Of a stretch of 64,000 bases of DNA, positions 26,450-40,507 are shown in pieces. Source of the DNA: Botryllus schlosseri (Eukaryota); assembly GCA_051294905.1 (NCBI GenBank), contig CM119378.1, positions 14,508,001-14,572,000 of the forward strand, written 5' to 3'. A program made the translations under genes and the position numbers. The notes beneath the pieces were generated by a model that was given only the letters and a program-made list of their open reading frames with translations, did no database searches and was not told the DNA's origin. Positions within the stretch are counted from its first letter, which is position 1. Each line of letters begins with the position of its first letter.

Positions 26450-29400
26450 ATAAGCTAAGAAAGAACGGTAAAGTTTATTTGTACAGGGTCGTAAACGAAG
26501 TTAATCCGCTACAATGTACACTGCTTCCAAACTTCTTATAATCAATGTTCAGTGACATTGATGACCTATGACCCAACTTGGTGAACAATCTGTATCGTAT
26601 GTATTGGATGCCAACCTAACAAAAGTTAGAGGCAGGAAGCTAAATCCGTGCTTGAGCGGTTCATAAATTCTATTATAACATCAAAGCTCCGTGATTATAA
26701 CATTAAACAATTATAAGAACGAGTAATGTACGGATGTAGAATAGTACCTGGTGATATTTTAATCGACAATGTCAGCAGTTCGAAAACTCGCGTTTGTGAC
26801 CGACGAGAGTAAGATATGTGCCGAACGCAGAACCCGATTGCCTTTTATATATGTCCCGATGACGGGTATTACTATTATATATCACAAAGCCCAATGAAAC
26901 GGGTAGTGTACCACCGATCATGGCAACAGCATGAATGTGAGATGGTGCATGTCTAAGGAAACGGGTGCAATCCAGTGAATATATATAATACATGTTCGTA
27001 ACACGGCTCATGTTTTTTTCTGACTATACCCACAAATGTATAATTGCTGACTTCCTGAACGCATATCGAAATGCATGCGCATTTGCACATTGTACACGAT
27101 ACAACATTTTAGTTTGGCCGATTCAAATACCTCACGATTGAATATTGTAAACGACCAATGCAGGCCATTAAACTTTTTTTCTAGGACACGGGTCACGCAG
27201 AAACCCTCAACTTCCGTGGATATCTTTCATATATATACTATATAGTCTATACAAAGTTACAGGTTGCTAGCTAGAAATGCATTAATGAATTGTACATTCT
27301 TCGCCTCAACACAACAGGAAACCATCATGCTGATATCGGTTTATCAATTTGAAATCATCACTAAATTTCCAGGCAACAACTACATTTGCGACATCGCAAC
27401 CTATAGGATAAGTCGATTAAAACTATCAGGTGACAAAACAGCCGACTGTACCTCGAGTGGAATTCTGCATACCACACGTGCTACGAATTATTCCTATTCA
27501 AAGCACTGTCGCCTGGTCAGTCCTGTTTGTTGTATACTCCGCCCCTCTTCGCAACATTTCATTGTCTGATGGTCCTCGTTTCATAAATCTAAATTCCGCT
27601 GCCTGTCCAACGGCGTGTTCATACATTATCCTAGTATGACGTAAAGTAGAAATTGGAAATGCCGATAACTGGCGTACGTACGGCCGCATTTATACATATT
27701 TCACCACGTGCCGCACTATATAATCATTGAAGCCTTCTTTTGAGAAAAGTATCACGATGATTCAGAGGATATGAATTTGAGATTAAAATTTTCGTTCACT
27801 CAAGCTATTAGTAAAACTACTCACTGGATGATAACGTTATGACTGATCCCTTGTGAGTACTCAATCGCTATTGCACTACAAGCCTCTTACAATCGATAAT
27901 TCTTCAAAGGTTATTGACTTAGCTTGACTAGATAGCTTCGTCGATTACAGGTAACTTGGGACTCCACATTCCCTCACACTGTGCATTCCATAATCCCATA
28001 CAGGAATATCAAGTCTATTAACTTTGACATTATCTGAATTATCAGCCGCTATCATCCGAGCAAATATTTCGCTCATGTTACACCAGGAGCTTCATAGGAG
28101 GTATGCCGCAAGATCCTTTGATGGCGCCGATTGATGGGGTTGCTAGAGTATCGAGCTATTGTTAGAAGCACAACCATATTTCTGTACGTGATCGTTCAAT
28201 TAATTTACTACTGACATACCCGTTAAAACAAATGATGTGAGGAATTGACACCTTCGCCGTTACTGACACGTAAAGATATTCCTCTGTCATCAAAATAGTA
28301 TCTCACGTGCGCCCTGATTCAGAGTCAATATTTAAGGGCCATTCCATTTTCGTTTTGTTTCATTTATGTATTAGTGCTTCCACGACTTTATGCTATTGGA
28401 TGACATAGCCAATCATAACTGTGCCATCATGAGCGTGACAAATACGCTTATTACCCCAGGGACTTATCTAGATATCCCTGTTATTACCCATGTAAAGTTC
28501 CTAGAAATAACATCTATTATGAGACAGCACCGTCGACTGTATATCACAAGATACTTATTAACACTGCGATGCGTCCATCCGTCATTTCTGCAATTAACGA
28601 GAATTCACCTCTTTCCTAGCGGTTGCATGATTATCGAAGTCGTTCATGATGAATGAAATGCCTTCACACATACCAGGATTGGAACAAAACGCTTATTTAC
28701 ATTACACACGACAACGCCGATATGATAACATCCGTTTGTAGCCCATTGTAGAAGACTAATTGTTCAGTTAAGGTATGCTTCCTTTCAAGTTTGTCAGCGC
28801 TAAGTTATACATAAATTAATAGGCAAAGTCACTTCTTAAGGAAATATCACTCCTCTCGCTACAAGCAGTCGCTATTGCCGCCAATGTAAATAGAGATTCG
28901 TTTACATTACAGATCAGTTTTAACTGTACAAACTACGCTTCAGTAACCCTATAGCAATTGCGCTGATTGTGTCAACGATCATATACAGACATAATCACCA
29001 TATCACAAGCCCTCGCCATTCGGCCCAGTGGAGAATAGACAAATTATCCTATGTTCTGAAAGACGTTGGTTTCTCGGAAAACAATAGCACCATGTTCGGT
29101 GATATTTGGAATTAAATTCGGGTGGAGCAAACAATTATCAGAAATGAACAAGATCATATGGTTTCATGTTTAGAGGATGAAACGAAAGGGACATGAAAAA
29201 ATTCACGATGTCATCTCGTTGAAATGCGTGCATATAACTGGAAGATCGGCAACAACATTGTCCCGTCGATTACGATGTCATCACAATTTCCGCGAAGCGA
29301 TAAACCCGTGCTCTTCTAACGCGGCAAGGGGATATATGCCTGTAAGAGATTCTAGACTAGAGGATGCCGTAGACGCTTCGGCTGCTTCGGCCGTCGATGA

Positions 29401-31699
29401 CGAAATAACGCAGCGCGACATTCCGAACTTACGCCAGGATATACGCCGCAAATCACGCGTCGCGTCTCTCGTGCACCACGCTATTTTTTGTTTGCACAAG
29501 AGAGATTATTCTCTGTCTTTATTAGAACATTCTTCTCTGCCATGCCTTTCGGTTTTGGGCCTTCCGCGGAGATAGCGCTCTTTATAAAGCTACGTGCATC
29601 TCTCGTTGGCCATCGAATGTAGGTTGCGAAATATCTAAAAATAGATTGCTTATGCCATCGCCGCCGAATAACAAGCGATTACGCTAAATTGCCTGAGTTG
29701 ACTTTGTTTTATAGTTGCAGCATAATTTTATCCTGTAGTATTCAATGTGTAAGTAATTTAGACTAGCAGTGCCAAAACGCAATACGACCGTCGCTTCGTT
29801 AACGAGAATTATTTTCGCACCAATTTGGAACATTATACGGTTAAATTTACAGAGTGAGTGTGAGATATAGTTGAAGATCATCAGTCACAGTTACATCGCT
29901 TAAGAAGAAAGTCATTTTGACGCACCTGTGCAATTGCATATGGACCCTGTTGAAGTTTCAGTTGCCGATTTTCGTATAAGTCTACTCGGCATCAATATAT
30001 CTATGACGTTATGGTACAATAATAATTAATCCATTAGATCAGGCAGGAGATTATTTCAGTTAGTACGCTTAATAAGCCGGCTATACTGATGACGCGTAGA
30101 ATGCATGTATGCAGCACGGCCCGCGCGGACAATAGAAGTACTGTGCAAAAAAATGGAAGAATTATCGCATCGCACTGCGTTACGGCATTACGTATTATGT
30201 AATGTTGTGTATACGCGTTCTGGGCTGGAATAAACTCTCTCGTAGGTGCGATAATAGGAAATTACCAAAAACTTATCCCCGATGAGTAGGCAATCTAGGC
30301 ATTCTGCTTCCCACAAATTTGAAAGCTGTACTCTCGCTTCGTCACCGTTTATAGGTTCTCGCAGACAATCGCGCGCTGTTTTCAGCGTCAAAACAATCTT
30401 TTTGAACTCAATCAATCACCTTAATATAACCTGATCGATGCCGCGTACGCGCACAGCGATTTTGAAACATGATCATTGATCACACAACAAGCTCGCTAAA
30501 ACGCACTCTCAAACCATGAAATCTATTCGTTACAGATTTATTTTGTGAGATCAGCAACGAGAGACAAGCCACAAAAGAGAGGGAGACGGAGACACTATCA
30601 GAAACGTCATCTGCGTTGTCTCTTTATGGCAGAAAAGAATAAGCTTTTGAGTACATCGGGCAGCATAAAGTGGATAATGTTTTGGATGGGCCACATTATT
30701 TGTTTTATTAGCAAATTCGGTATAAAAAAATTGAAAGCATAGCGCATAGCAATTGGTCGAGTAATTGCAATTATTACCGAATCTGGACCTTGTTAAGTTT
30801 AATGTGAGGAAATTGCCTATAATTCACCAATGCGTCCAATTCATTTGTGGTGAAGTTTACCTATATTCACCTTATACCACAATGTAGCGTTGTAGCCTCA
30901 AGCGTCCCAAATTGGGGGGTCGCGTATACGATTCCGGGGTTCGCAGAAAGCAGGGGTTGTTAAAGTATGGGTCGCGAATGATATAAAGTTGGGTCACGAC
31001 CGCACCAGAGCGATGTTTGTAATATTTGCCGAATTTCTTGCAACAATGAAATTCTTCGCGCTTTGCGCGATCTCATGTTTGTTCTCATTCACGGTAACTG
31101 TGTTGCGTACTCATAACCAATGGGCTTTTCACGCAGGACATTGGTTATGAGAAGATGGCTTGGTCGTGAAAATGCGTCGACCTTTGTATTACACAAATTG
31201 GTTTGATATCATGATAAGATTTCTCCGTCATTGGTTTCTCTGGAGATTTATAAGTCGCTCGAGCAATACTCGGCCAGGCCAGGCCAGGTGAGGGAGAGTA
31301 CGTGGCCATAACTAACGCACCTCATATGTTTTCGAACAGCTATAATTTACACCGAGGTTTTATCGCCGCCAATCTGTTTGGCAGCGCACTTTGCTCAGTC
31401 ACATGTTGGCCGAGACTCAATACTTCTTGGTGTGCCCTGACGCGGAAATGGTCGGTACCAACACGTTTGTGCCTATATGGCTCGGCAATCCTAATTTGCA
31501 CACCCCGCGGCCTCAAGCGATATTAGGAGAGGGAAGGAAAAGGGACGTAGTTCATTTTTGTCCTTGATGTTTTGCGGCATCTAAACCGACTCATGATAGA
31601 CATACACACGGTCTGTGCATATGCAATATGCATACCATGAGCTCATGATGTGCATATGCCTCTGGACAAAGAAGGTGCAGATATAGCCTTGTACGACTT

Positions 31700-31860
31700 T
31701 CTAAGTCTTGCACCACCCTTCATGCTATCCCTGTAATGCATGGGCGCCAAGCAGGGAAGTCATGGATACCGGCGTTTTAATCAGGTCTTTGGTCTGACCC
31801 GGCCGGGGATAGAACCCACGACCCACCGATCAAGAAGCCGGACGCTTCACAATTACGCTA
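31700..31860 (-). mobile_element. SINE family A (copy 2, diverged)
   Basis: GTCTTTGGTCTGACCCGGCCGGGGATAGAACCCACGACC...GAAGCCGGACGC matches 5854-5912. Confidence 0.8.
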
Positions 31861-34779
31861 TGTTGTAGTAGTAGAAATTTATCTCCTAATTGCAAATGCA
31901 GTTGGACCCCTTTTTGTAAGTATGCGTATTTTTTAATTTTTGATTTTCATTTTGGGGATGGCGGTATCCAATATCCATATTAAAATAAAGAAATGCACTG
32001 ACACTAAATTGTGCGAAGAAAAATTTGTCGATGATACTTTACTTTGATTTGATTTACGAAACCTCTTGGCACCGTCGACATGGCCCTCTTAAATTGGGGG
32101 GTTCGAGTGCGGCAATTACGACCATTACCAAAACTGTTCTTTGCGTAGTCTCATGCATCTCTTTACGTCAATGTATTAATTTGTGATTTTTCGCTCTCCC
32201 GACGCCGTAAAATAGACGAGACATATATATGTTCGCTATCGATATAGTCTTCAAGGCAGCGTTCTCTTCATTGACGCAGTACAATCCACCCCGAGAATCT
32301 CACACGCTAGTTCTCGTGCCACGGATACGGGTATAGGGCAGAGTGCGCTAATCAATCGAAAATTGAAAAATTAATTGCAACCGAGCAACTTGCGAAATTA
32401 GCGTTTACCGAAATGGCATGCAGGGATTTAGTACCAGTTGACTTGATGAAAATGATTTTCGTCATGAGCACCTTTTCTGAATTCTAATACAGATTTTATA
32501 AGTTTTAGTTTGCATTTTCTTCATCAGTGAAATAGTATAGTGTTGTATAATCTGGCGCCGAGAACAAGGAGTCCTATATAAGTCCAAGGAATAGACACGC
32601 CTTATCTGTTACAGCGAATTTGCAACGAATTCTATAGTTGTTATAGCATCTATCGACGCGGCGAAACAATACCAAGGCTCACATTCAAAACGAGCTGACA
32701 GTACATTTTATGGCGGGGTGTCAAACTCAACTTGCGCCGCGGGCCGGATTCAGACCTTCAGATTGCTCGCGGGCCGGACTGGTGAAAGTGATTCCAAAAT
32801 GTTACCTCAGAATCCATGTCCTTGTTTTCCACTTTAATACGTTAGCACCAAGTCTATACATAATATTATATTACATTATATTACGAATCATATAGGGGTT
32901 CTATTCTATCAGCACCACGAACAGCGGAATTGGCAAAATACGACGATTAGCCGGTTGAACACAGTTATCAACCGTTCAAACAGTGGCTCTGACGACGATA
33001 TGAGTTGGAATATTTCTATGTTCCCTGCGTTTTAGTCGTAATCTGGCAGTAAGCTTGCGTATGCGTCTTGAGGTATATACAAGAGAGTTAACTAACTATA
33101 GACGCGGAATTTGGAGTTTGGTTCATTGATATTAAATCGCGATTCGGGTTTCTCTTGAGGCCGGGAACCTTTTGAGTCGGAAGTGATACAGCAGTGTGGC
33201 CACTAATATTTAATTCGTAAATTTGTCTAACTATTATATTGTCCACGTGACCTGCATATAACTGTTTCGCATTGGCGTTTTCGCTTCTCTGTTTAACTAC
33301 GTTTCGGTATATTTTCCTTGAAAGTCTGAACACGTGTACATGTACATTGTACGTACAGTGTGCAGTTTTGTCTTTTCCGGAATTGGGTCTCAATGTCAGC
33401 GCATTGTTCGTAATGGTGACTAGAGTGAAACCACAACACCTCTGTCGCATGGTTATAATAAACACACTCGAGATTTGCTCTCTTCATGTAATATATATTA
33501 AATGTATTTCAAAAGTATTGCAAAATAGGTGGCCAAGCCATGCTTTATATAGGCCATAAAGGATTTATGACGTCACACCATTTATGGAATACCAAAAATA
33601 CATCAACCACCCCTCTAAAAATTCCATCATGGCTTCTACTATTGTGATGTTTTCAATGAATCTGACCAATCAGACGTATGAAAAGAAATGATGCGATGTT
33701 TCGGCATGTTGCCAAATGTATGAGCTCTTGGAGGTACCACAATCTAAGATGTTCGTTCCTTTTAGCCTTTGACCGCTGGGCGAACTATGCTGCGCACTAT
33801 ATATACAAGACCTATCTCTCGCTATACCGTCAAGTAATCGAAATGATGTCACCGCTTTCTTTGCCTGCCATCAAAAAATTAGAATTCCCCCGTACAGCAA
33901 TTGAAATCCATTCGTTACGGAATGTTTACTTACGACCGCGATGTGTTCCAATTTAACAATATTCGAAGTACAAACAAACACACGAGCATCGCAATACTAT
34001 TGCGTTGCGCCAGATTTTAACAGGCAATAACGGGGTGGAATTTCAAACATTCGATCATGCCTCGTGAATTTGTAGAGTACAGTTTTCTTCGAACTGCTTA
34101 TTTGGTTTTTAATTCACAGAAGTCGTTTCGAGCCGAAATATATTGAGCAAAGAGCAATTGAGCATATATACCATTCATAAATTACAGTCGGTCACGGACA
34201 TGTCACTGCATGCTCTTCCAAGTGTGATTTGCGAAGAACTGTAATTTGAGCGAAATTCCGAGAACACGGCGTCTGCGTTCGTGTACCCACAAATTTTATG
34301 CGACGGGTTTATAGTAAACTGGATTCTCTTCCTAAAACAGAAAGTACGCCAATTATTGGAAACGGATGTCAAACATATATAATGGCATCCGCTTTTATCT
34401 AGCACAATCAGATAGATATGATAGATATTTTTATTTGAGCCATATTGGCCCAAACTTTTCAATTGTCACTTCCAAAGAGTCATACATGTCAATCAAATGT
34501 TGCGTCACAATTGAAAAGTTCTGACGTATGGGCAGCACTAATATAGGGGACTCGTAGTGTGCGCCATATTTTTCTGCCCACATTCGTAGGTGGAGCCGTC
34601 ACATGCAGTACATTCACATTGCAAGGTGTGATAGGTCAGTGACGTGGGTTAGGGGAAGCAAGTGAGGCAGTGCTTCACATGTCGTCATGGATGAGTGAAG
34701 GAAAATTGTGAAACCTTCAATGATTTGGTACTTTTTATCGATGTTTATGAATGACTAGATTCTGAACATTTTTATTACC

Positions 34780-35098
34780 AAAATTACAGAACTTGTATAT
34801 TCATTGTTTGAAAATACTAGGTAGGCCTTTATTTTACCGGACTACGACCTGACATATCGATCCCGCCATCTGACACATGCCACCTTTCATTTATCCCCGG
34901 TCCTTTTATATGATCTTCTTTTACTTTTCTTTCAGTGGGCATGCCTTCTTTTTTTTATCATCTCGCCTGGGCCATGTGGGTGTCTAATATCGATGACTAC
35001 TCCAAGTTGTTTGGACACCTTCCTATCTTTCATTGTATCGCAGTCTTGTGGTGTATTGAAATGATGAAATTACTAGCAACAAATTGAATTGAATTGAA
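34780..35098 (+). mobile_element. 3' end of an L2-type LINE with (AATTG)n tail
   Basis: Colinear with the reverse complement of 60520-60920; terminal AATTGAATTGAATTGAA. Confidence 0.7.
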
Positions 35099-36424
35099 AA
35101 TAAAGCGCGAAAGAAGAGGTAAGGCACGGATGAGGCACAGACGGGCCAAACCTCACCTATGATAGCGCAACTCATCGTAAATAGCTTGGAATTTATGATC
35201 ACTGATATTAATCATATGTACCTGTCGCTCTGATTCCGAAAATCTAAATATCGATCGACTTCTAAAGTATTCGGCGTAACATAACGTTGCGCTATACACA
35301 CCTACATTTTTACGGCGGTGCTAGAAAGCGTACCAAACAAGAACATGGATAGCCATGGCGGTGTTCTGAATTTGAATTTGTAATTGTGAATCTCACTTTC
35401 AAGGCAATTTATTTCGCGTCGATCAGGAAGACAAAGTGTATTTGAAAACTGCATTGTCTTACAAGCATCGTCATGTCTGCTATTCTCTCTGATCAATCCA
35501 GGTATCGAACGATCCAAGATTTCGAGGCGCGCGAAGGCGGGTAGATCGAATGCCCGAGTGGTGTTAGTCGCAACTTAAATTAAGGGATTTTGAAAGGTGG
35601 TTTGAGTCCCTGACCCCGGATACTCTACTGTCTTCACTATTCAAAGACATGTTTATCCTGCCACGAGAATAATTTTTCAGGCCGCCATGAAAATTTACTA
35701 ACAAATTGCTGCAATATTGCTGAATTGAGAACAAAATTAAAAATTTGTCAAAGAGCCATATCTTATACCCAAAAGAGCCATAGGTCCCCGACCACTGCAC
35801 TATTACCATTCACTTCAGGGGGCCTATACGACATTCCGAAAAATTTTACTCGCAGTATTATACAATGCATTTGTCACCGTCGGTTACTAACCGATAGGTG
35901 ATGAGGTAGCGCTGTGGTATACGTTCCATTTGTAAATGATCAATTGACCCTAGTAGTCGGAAGACCAATACAACTGACAACACGTTTTGAGAAATGTGGG
36001 TATGAGACATCTGCGCCACCCAGCGAATAAGCGATTCGCAATTCGAATAATGACAGTGGCGGCTCGTGACAAGGTTGGGTGGTGGGGCAAGGTCAGGGCC
36101 TACAATTTCGCGATTTTTTTTTTGTCATGTTGACGTCATAATGATGCATTATGGCATGAAAATGTCACGTCATTCTGTTCACACGAGCTCTCCTCTAGCT
36201 GGAGGCAAGGCATTTGAATGCAAACCAAGAAACTTAGTAAACTGTATTGTGAGATCGTTGAGATATACCATTCGAAATTTAAACACCTATCTCGGTATGG
36301 AACACCGTCAAAATAAGCACAGGCCAACACCGGCTTTTGCGTGAAATCCGCAATGCGGTAGGCAGATGCCATGCCAGATCAGCGCACACCTTTATACCAT
36401 ACTCGAACTCGATAACGAAATTAC

Positions 36425-38620
36425 TGATAGATAGATAGATCATTTATTAAATTCGTCTCACCAGGAAAATTTGAAACATTCAAATAATCGGTATATGGAC
36501 AGGGGAGGGACGATACGACCGAGAGGTCATCTAGTCAATCCCTTCCCTATAGAGCATACAAATTATAACTCACGAGACAGACGAACACAATGATAAATTT
36601 CAAAAACACAAAAATAAAAGAGATGGGTATAAACGAACAACATACACATAAGAAAGCCATGTTCGAACAGCAACAACAACAGTGCATCAATTACAGACCA
36701 ATAGGTTGATTAGAAGGGTCCAGCAGATAGTCTATCAGTGATTTTTTAAGACCGTTGAAGCTTCGTTCACGAATTGTAATGGGTACATTATTCCAGATGA
36801 TAGGACCGGCTATCAAAAGAGATCGTTTGCAGAATTCCTTCCTTACTAAATTGTGGCGGTAATTTGGTGCGGCTGAAAATCTGGTATTGTGACTATGGGT
36901 GGATGTTGATAGTTGTAATTCATCCTCCAAACTAAAGTCAAGCTGTTTATTGTAAAAACGATACATGAATTTAGCTACTTCCAGATATTTAATTTCTTCA
37001 ACTCTCAATATTCTCCACTCCCGATATGACTTCCCAAGATTACATCGAAATGACCCCGTAAGGTCACGAATGGCGTTGTTTTGAATCACCTGTATTGGAT
37101 GCAAAGTAGTTTTGTTGCAGAAGCCCCAACTCAAAATTCCATATTGCAAGTGACTGTGAACCATTGCAAAATACACTTCTCGGAGCACCGTCTTCGGAAC
37201 TAGATGTCTAAGGCGCCGTGAGATGCCAACACCACGGGAGAGTTTAACCGCTAGCTTCTGGGTATGGTCCTTCCAGGATAGATCGCCATCAATGAATATG
37301 CAACCTTAGAAGGGTTTATCGTCTTATCATTTACCATTACACTAACAGTGCGATATTCTTTAGTACTTATGACGTTACTAATGAATATAATCTGGGTTTC
37401 GGCAGCATTCAGCGTTAATTTATTACACATCATCCATTTGGATACCAAAGTCATTTCCCTATTAAGCTTCGCATTGAGCTCATCAACGTAATCTGATGAG
37501 GCGAAGAGGTGCGTGTCATCAGCAAATAGGGTGGTTTCCATCGATGTGGATTTAGCTAGGTCGTTGATATAAATCAAGAACAATGTCGGACCAAGAACAG
37601 ACCCTTGAGGGACACCGCATCGTATGGCGCCAGGCGACGAGTTGATGCCACCGATATCGACACATTGAGATCTATTGCTCAAGTAAGATCTGAAAAGGTC
37701 ATTGGCAACACCCCTGATACCGCAGGCCGATAACTTGGCAAGAAGGATTTCATGATCAACGGTATCAAACGCTTTCTTGAGATCAAGGAATATACTGCAT
37801 GCCACTTTGTTTCGCTCAATTACCTTATAGTATTTCTCCGTCACATCGAGAATTGCCTGGGAGGTATTGAATCCTTCCCGAAAACCAAATTGCTGTTTCG
37901 ACTGTTCAATAACTCGTCAATGGCATTCTTGAAAGCATCGAAGTATGCTTCAAAATTGCTCAAGGTTAAGGGTTTGTCAAATAATGTAGAGAACACATAT
38001 TGAGATTCGGTTGCTAAACGGGAAGGATCAATACCATCGAGGTCACGTTTATAATAACGCAAGGGTTTACATTTGCTAGTTCTCAAATCAACTATCGCAA
38101 AAACAGGCAAGTGGTCAGATATTACATATGGGCACACACACGGTTGGATTTCCCGGGTGGATAAATTCGTGTAAATATGGTCAAGAAGAGTACTAGAACT
38201 GTCCGAATACCTAGTCGGTTGGGAAATTAATGGTACGAAGTTACAGCATCGTAACATATTGATATATCGGTTCACAGTCGGGCTATTTTTTGCTTTGAGG
38301 TTAACATTAAGATCTCCAATGATGAAACAATCGTTCGACTTTTCGTTGATTTTACACAAGGCTCGATTCCTTTCTTCTGTGAATTCGGTGACATCATCCA
38401 CGCTAGATCTAGGGTGTCTATATATGATCGCAATGATTAGGGACTTGTTATGCTGGAAATCTTCCAAATTGACCCATAGCTGCTCACAGTCTCGATACGC
38501 AAGATTATAGGCCGTTAGCACAGTGAATCGCAGATTAGATTTGATATAGAGGCCTACCCCGCCCGCATTGGAACGGGTCGGTGAGTGCAGGAACGTATAT
38601 CCATCCAATGCTATATTAGA
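36425..38620 (-). mobile_element. CR1-group (L2/Crack-like) LINE: ORF2 pseudogene with APE endonuclease, RT and C-terminus
   Basis: EN: GGVGLYIK, IYRHP, IIGDLNVNL, LLDHIYTN, SDHLPVF. RT: FLDLKKAFDTVDH, GVPQGSVLGPTLFLIYINDL, FADDT. C-term: YFAMVHSHLQYGILSWG, GPIIWNNVP. Frameshifts, an internal deletion, (ATCT)n tail. Confidence 0.95.
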
Positions 38621-38952
38621 AGTCGGATACTGCCCTAATCATTCAGTGTCAACCTTGAAACTTGGCACGGCGTTTGACACTAAGATCAAGATGTACCGTG
38701 CCTAATCGCATATGACCGATCCCAGTATGGAACATCGTTAAAATCAATATAGACCAGTGGTTCTCAACCTTTTCGTCTTCGCGGACCCCTTTTTGGTCGT
38801 CACAGACCCCCTCGGACCCCCACACAGTTTTGGTTCAAATTTACCTATATCATCGTACAAATATTAACTGTAGGCTAGTGATAAACAGCAACAAAGTGAC
38901 CTTTCTTCAAAATAACATCATACTATTTATACAGAAATTGAGGAGACTTTGA

Positions 38953-39237
38953 TTATTTCAAAGTGAATTTTGTAGCTACACTATTGGAAATATGTTGTGT
39001 CTTGAAAATACGCACCATCAATTTGATATGAAAGAGTGCCGAAAATCCATTTCCACAGAAATAGGTTTTGGCGAATGTAATAATAACGCGTAACGCTTCC
39101 GACAACACCTTTGGGTATTTAAATAGCTGGTTCGTGGTACAGAACTTGAATATAGCTTTCAATACAATATCCATCGTATAATAATATTTATTAACTCGAA
39201 GACTTTTCGGGTGCCTCTTTTCAAGAGTTAACGGCAC
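38953..39237 (-). pseudogene. hAT (Buster/Charlie) transposase C-terminal fragment
   Basis: YPKVLSEALRVIITFAKTYFCGNGFSALFHIK matches YPxLxxxAxxxLxPFxTTYLCExGFSxLxxIK. Confidence 0.85.
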
Positions 39238-39360
39238 ACTAAAGGGATTTAAACAGATTTAAAAGCAAAACCAAAAAGGCAAAGTATGACGCAACAATCA
39301 AAATCACAAACCATGAAATTCGCATTGTACCGATGGCAACAATAACAAACTATGAAGTAT

Positions 39361-40219
39361 ACGGGGTTGCCAGTAAACTCGTCCCAAAGTAAATTCGGCC
39401 CGTCGAATTCGGCCCTCGGTCACTTTGGCCGTCGGTGAATTCGGCCCTCGGTGAATTCGGCCCTCGGTAAATTTGGCCAGTGCCAGAGTAACAACAACAG
39501 TTACAATACCATTATCTAACCTGAACCCTAACCCTAATCCTAACCTAACCCTAATCCTAACCTAACCCTAATCCTAACCCTAATCCTAACCTAACCTAAC
39601 CTAACCCTAATCCTAACCCTAACCTAACCCTAATCCTAACCCTAACGCTAATCCTAACCCTAAACCTAACCCCTAACCTCCAAATCACTTGATAATATTA
39701 TAATTATGTAATATAATACACATTATTAGTTCGTAATACAATTTCACACAATGTTCTCCGAGGGCCGAATATACCGATTGAATTAAGCTGTCGGTAAATT
39801 CGGCCCCGTAAACATCGGCATATATATATACATATATATATTTATACGCATGCCCTGTTCTCCAAATCACTTGATAATAATATAATTATGAAATTAATTC
39901 ACGTTAATAGTTGGTAATACATTTTTATAAAAAATTCTCCGAGGGCAGAATTGACCGAGTAACCAGTGAATTGACCGGTGAATTCGGCCGTCGGTAAATT
40001 CGGTCCCCGTGAATATCCGCGCTATCTCCCGTGATTACGCGATCTACGCATACTCTGACATCCAAATCACTTAATAATAGTATAATTATGTAATTAATTC
40101 ATGTTAACGGTTGGTAATACATTATAATACAATATTCTCGGTGGGCCGAATTTACTGATGTAATGGCCGAATTTGCCTGGGCCGAATTTACTTTGGGGCG
40201 AGTTTACTGGCAACCAGTA
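39361..40219. mobile_element. Foldback-type DNA element with AATTCGGCC repeats, telomere-like array and ~190-bp triplication
   Basis: ~40-bp TIR GGTTGCCAGTAAACTCG(T/C)CCCAAAGTAAATTCGGCCC; GTATAC at both ends (TA or TATA duplication); internal units start at ~39681, 39861, 40061. Confidence 0.85.
39517..39680 (+). repeat. Degenerate telomere-like array (CCCTAA/CCTAA/TCCTAA)
   Basis: About 28 units read directly from the sequence. Confidence 0.95.
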
Positions 40220-40288
40220 TACGGACATACGGTACTATAGTAGCAACGCAATTCGTAAATAAACAGTTACACACACGAAACACATGCA

Positions 40289-40507
40289 CTAATGGGAAAT
40301 TTGTAGGTTATAGAGAAAATCTTTTTGTCTACATAAAATAGGTTTGTTCAACTGAATAATAGTAGACTCCAGCACTTTTAGATGAAACAAAGACCTACCA
40401 CGCGCAATGACAGTGAACATATTGTCATCATAGTGCTGTGCACAGGCGCATATCATACCTTTGGGTATGATCGCAATGGCACCAATATAACGTCCCAGCC
40501 TTGTCAT
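40289..40507 (-). pseudogene. Penelope-like element GIY-YIG endonuclease C-terminal fragment
   Basis: CAQHYDDNMFTVIARGRSLFHLKVLESTIIQLNKPILCRQKDFLYNL fits the PLE terminal motif F-I-----S-FHL--LE---I---P-LC-QK. Confidence 0.78.

Noticed and set aside
29281-29560. Possible degenerate BED zinc finger (LCKQKIAW...ATRDLRR)
   Set aside because: The first Cys and the His ligands are missing and there is no downstream transposase sequence.
39390-39480. GAATTCGGCCCTCGGT direct repeats resembling a CRISPR array
   Set aside because: No unique spacers, eukaryotic context, and located within the subterminal region of a TE.
39517-39680. True telomere or chromosome-fusion site
   Set aside because: Short, degenerate, single orientation, and enclosed by TIRs.
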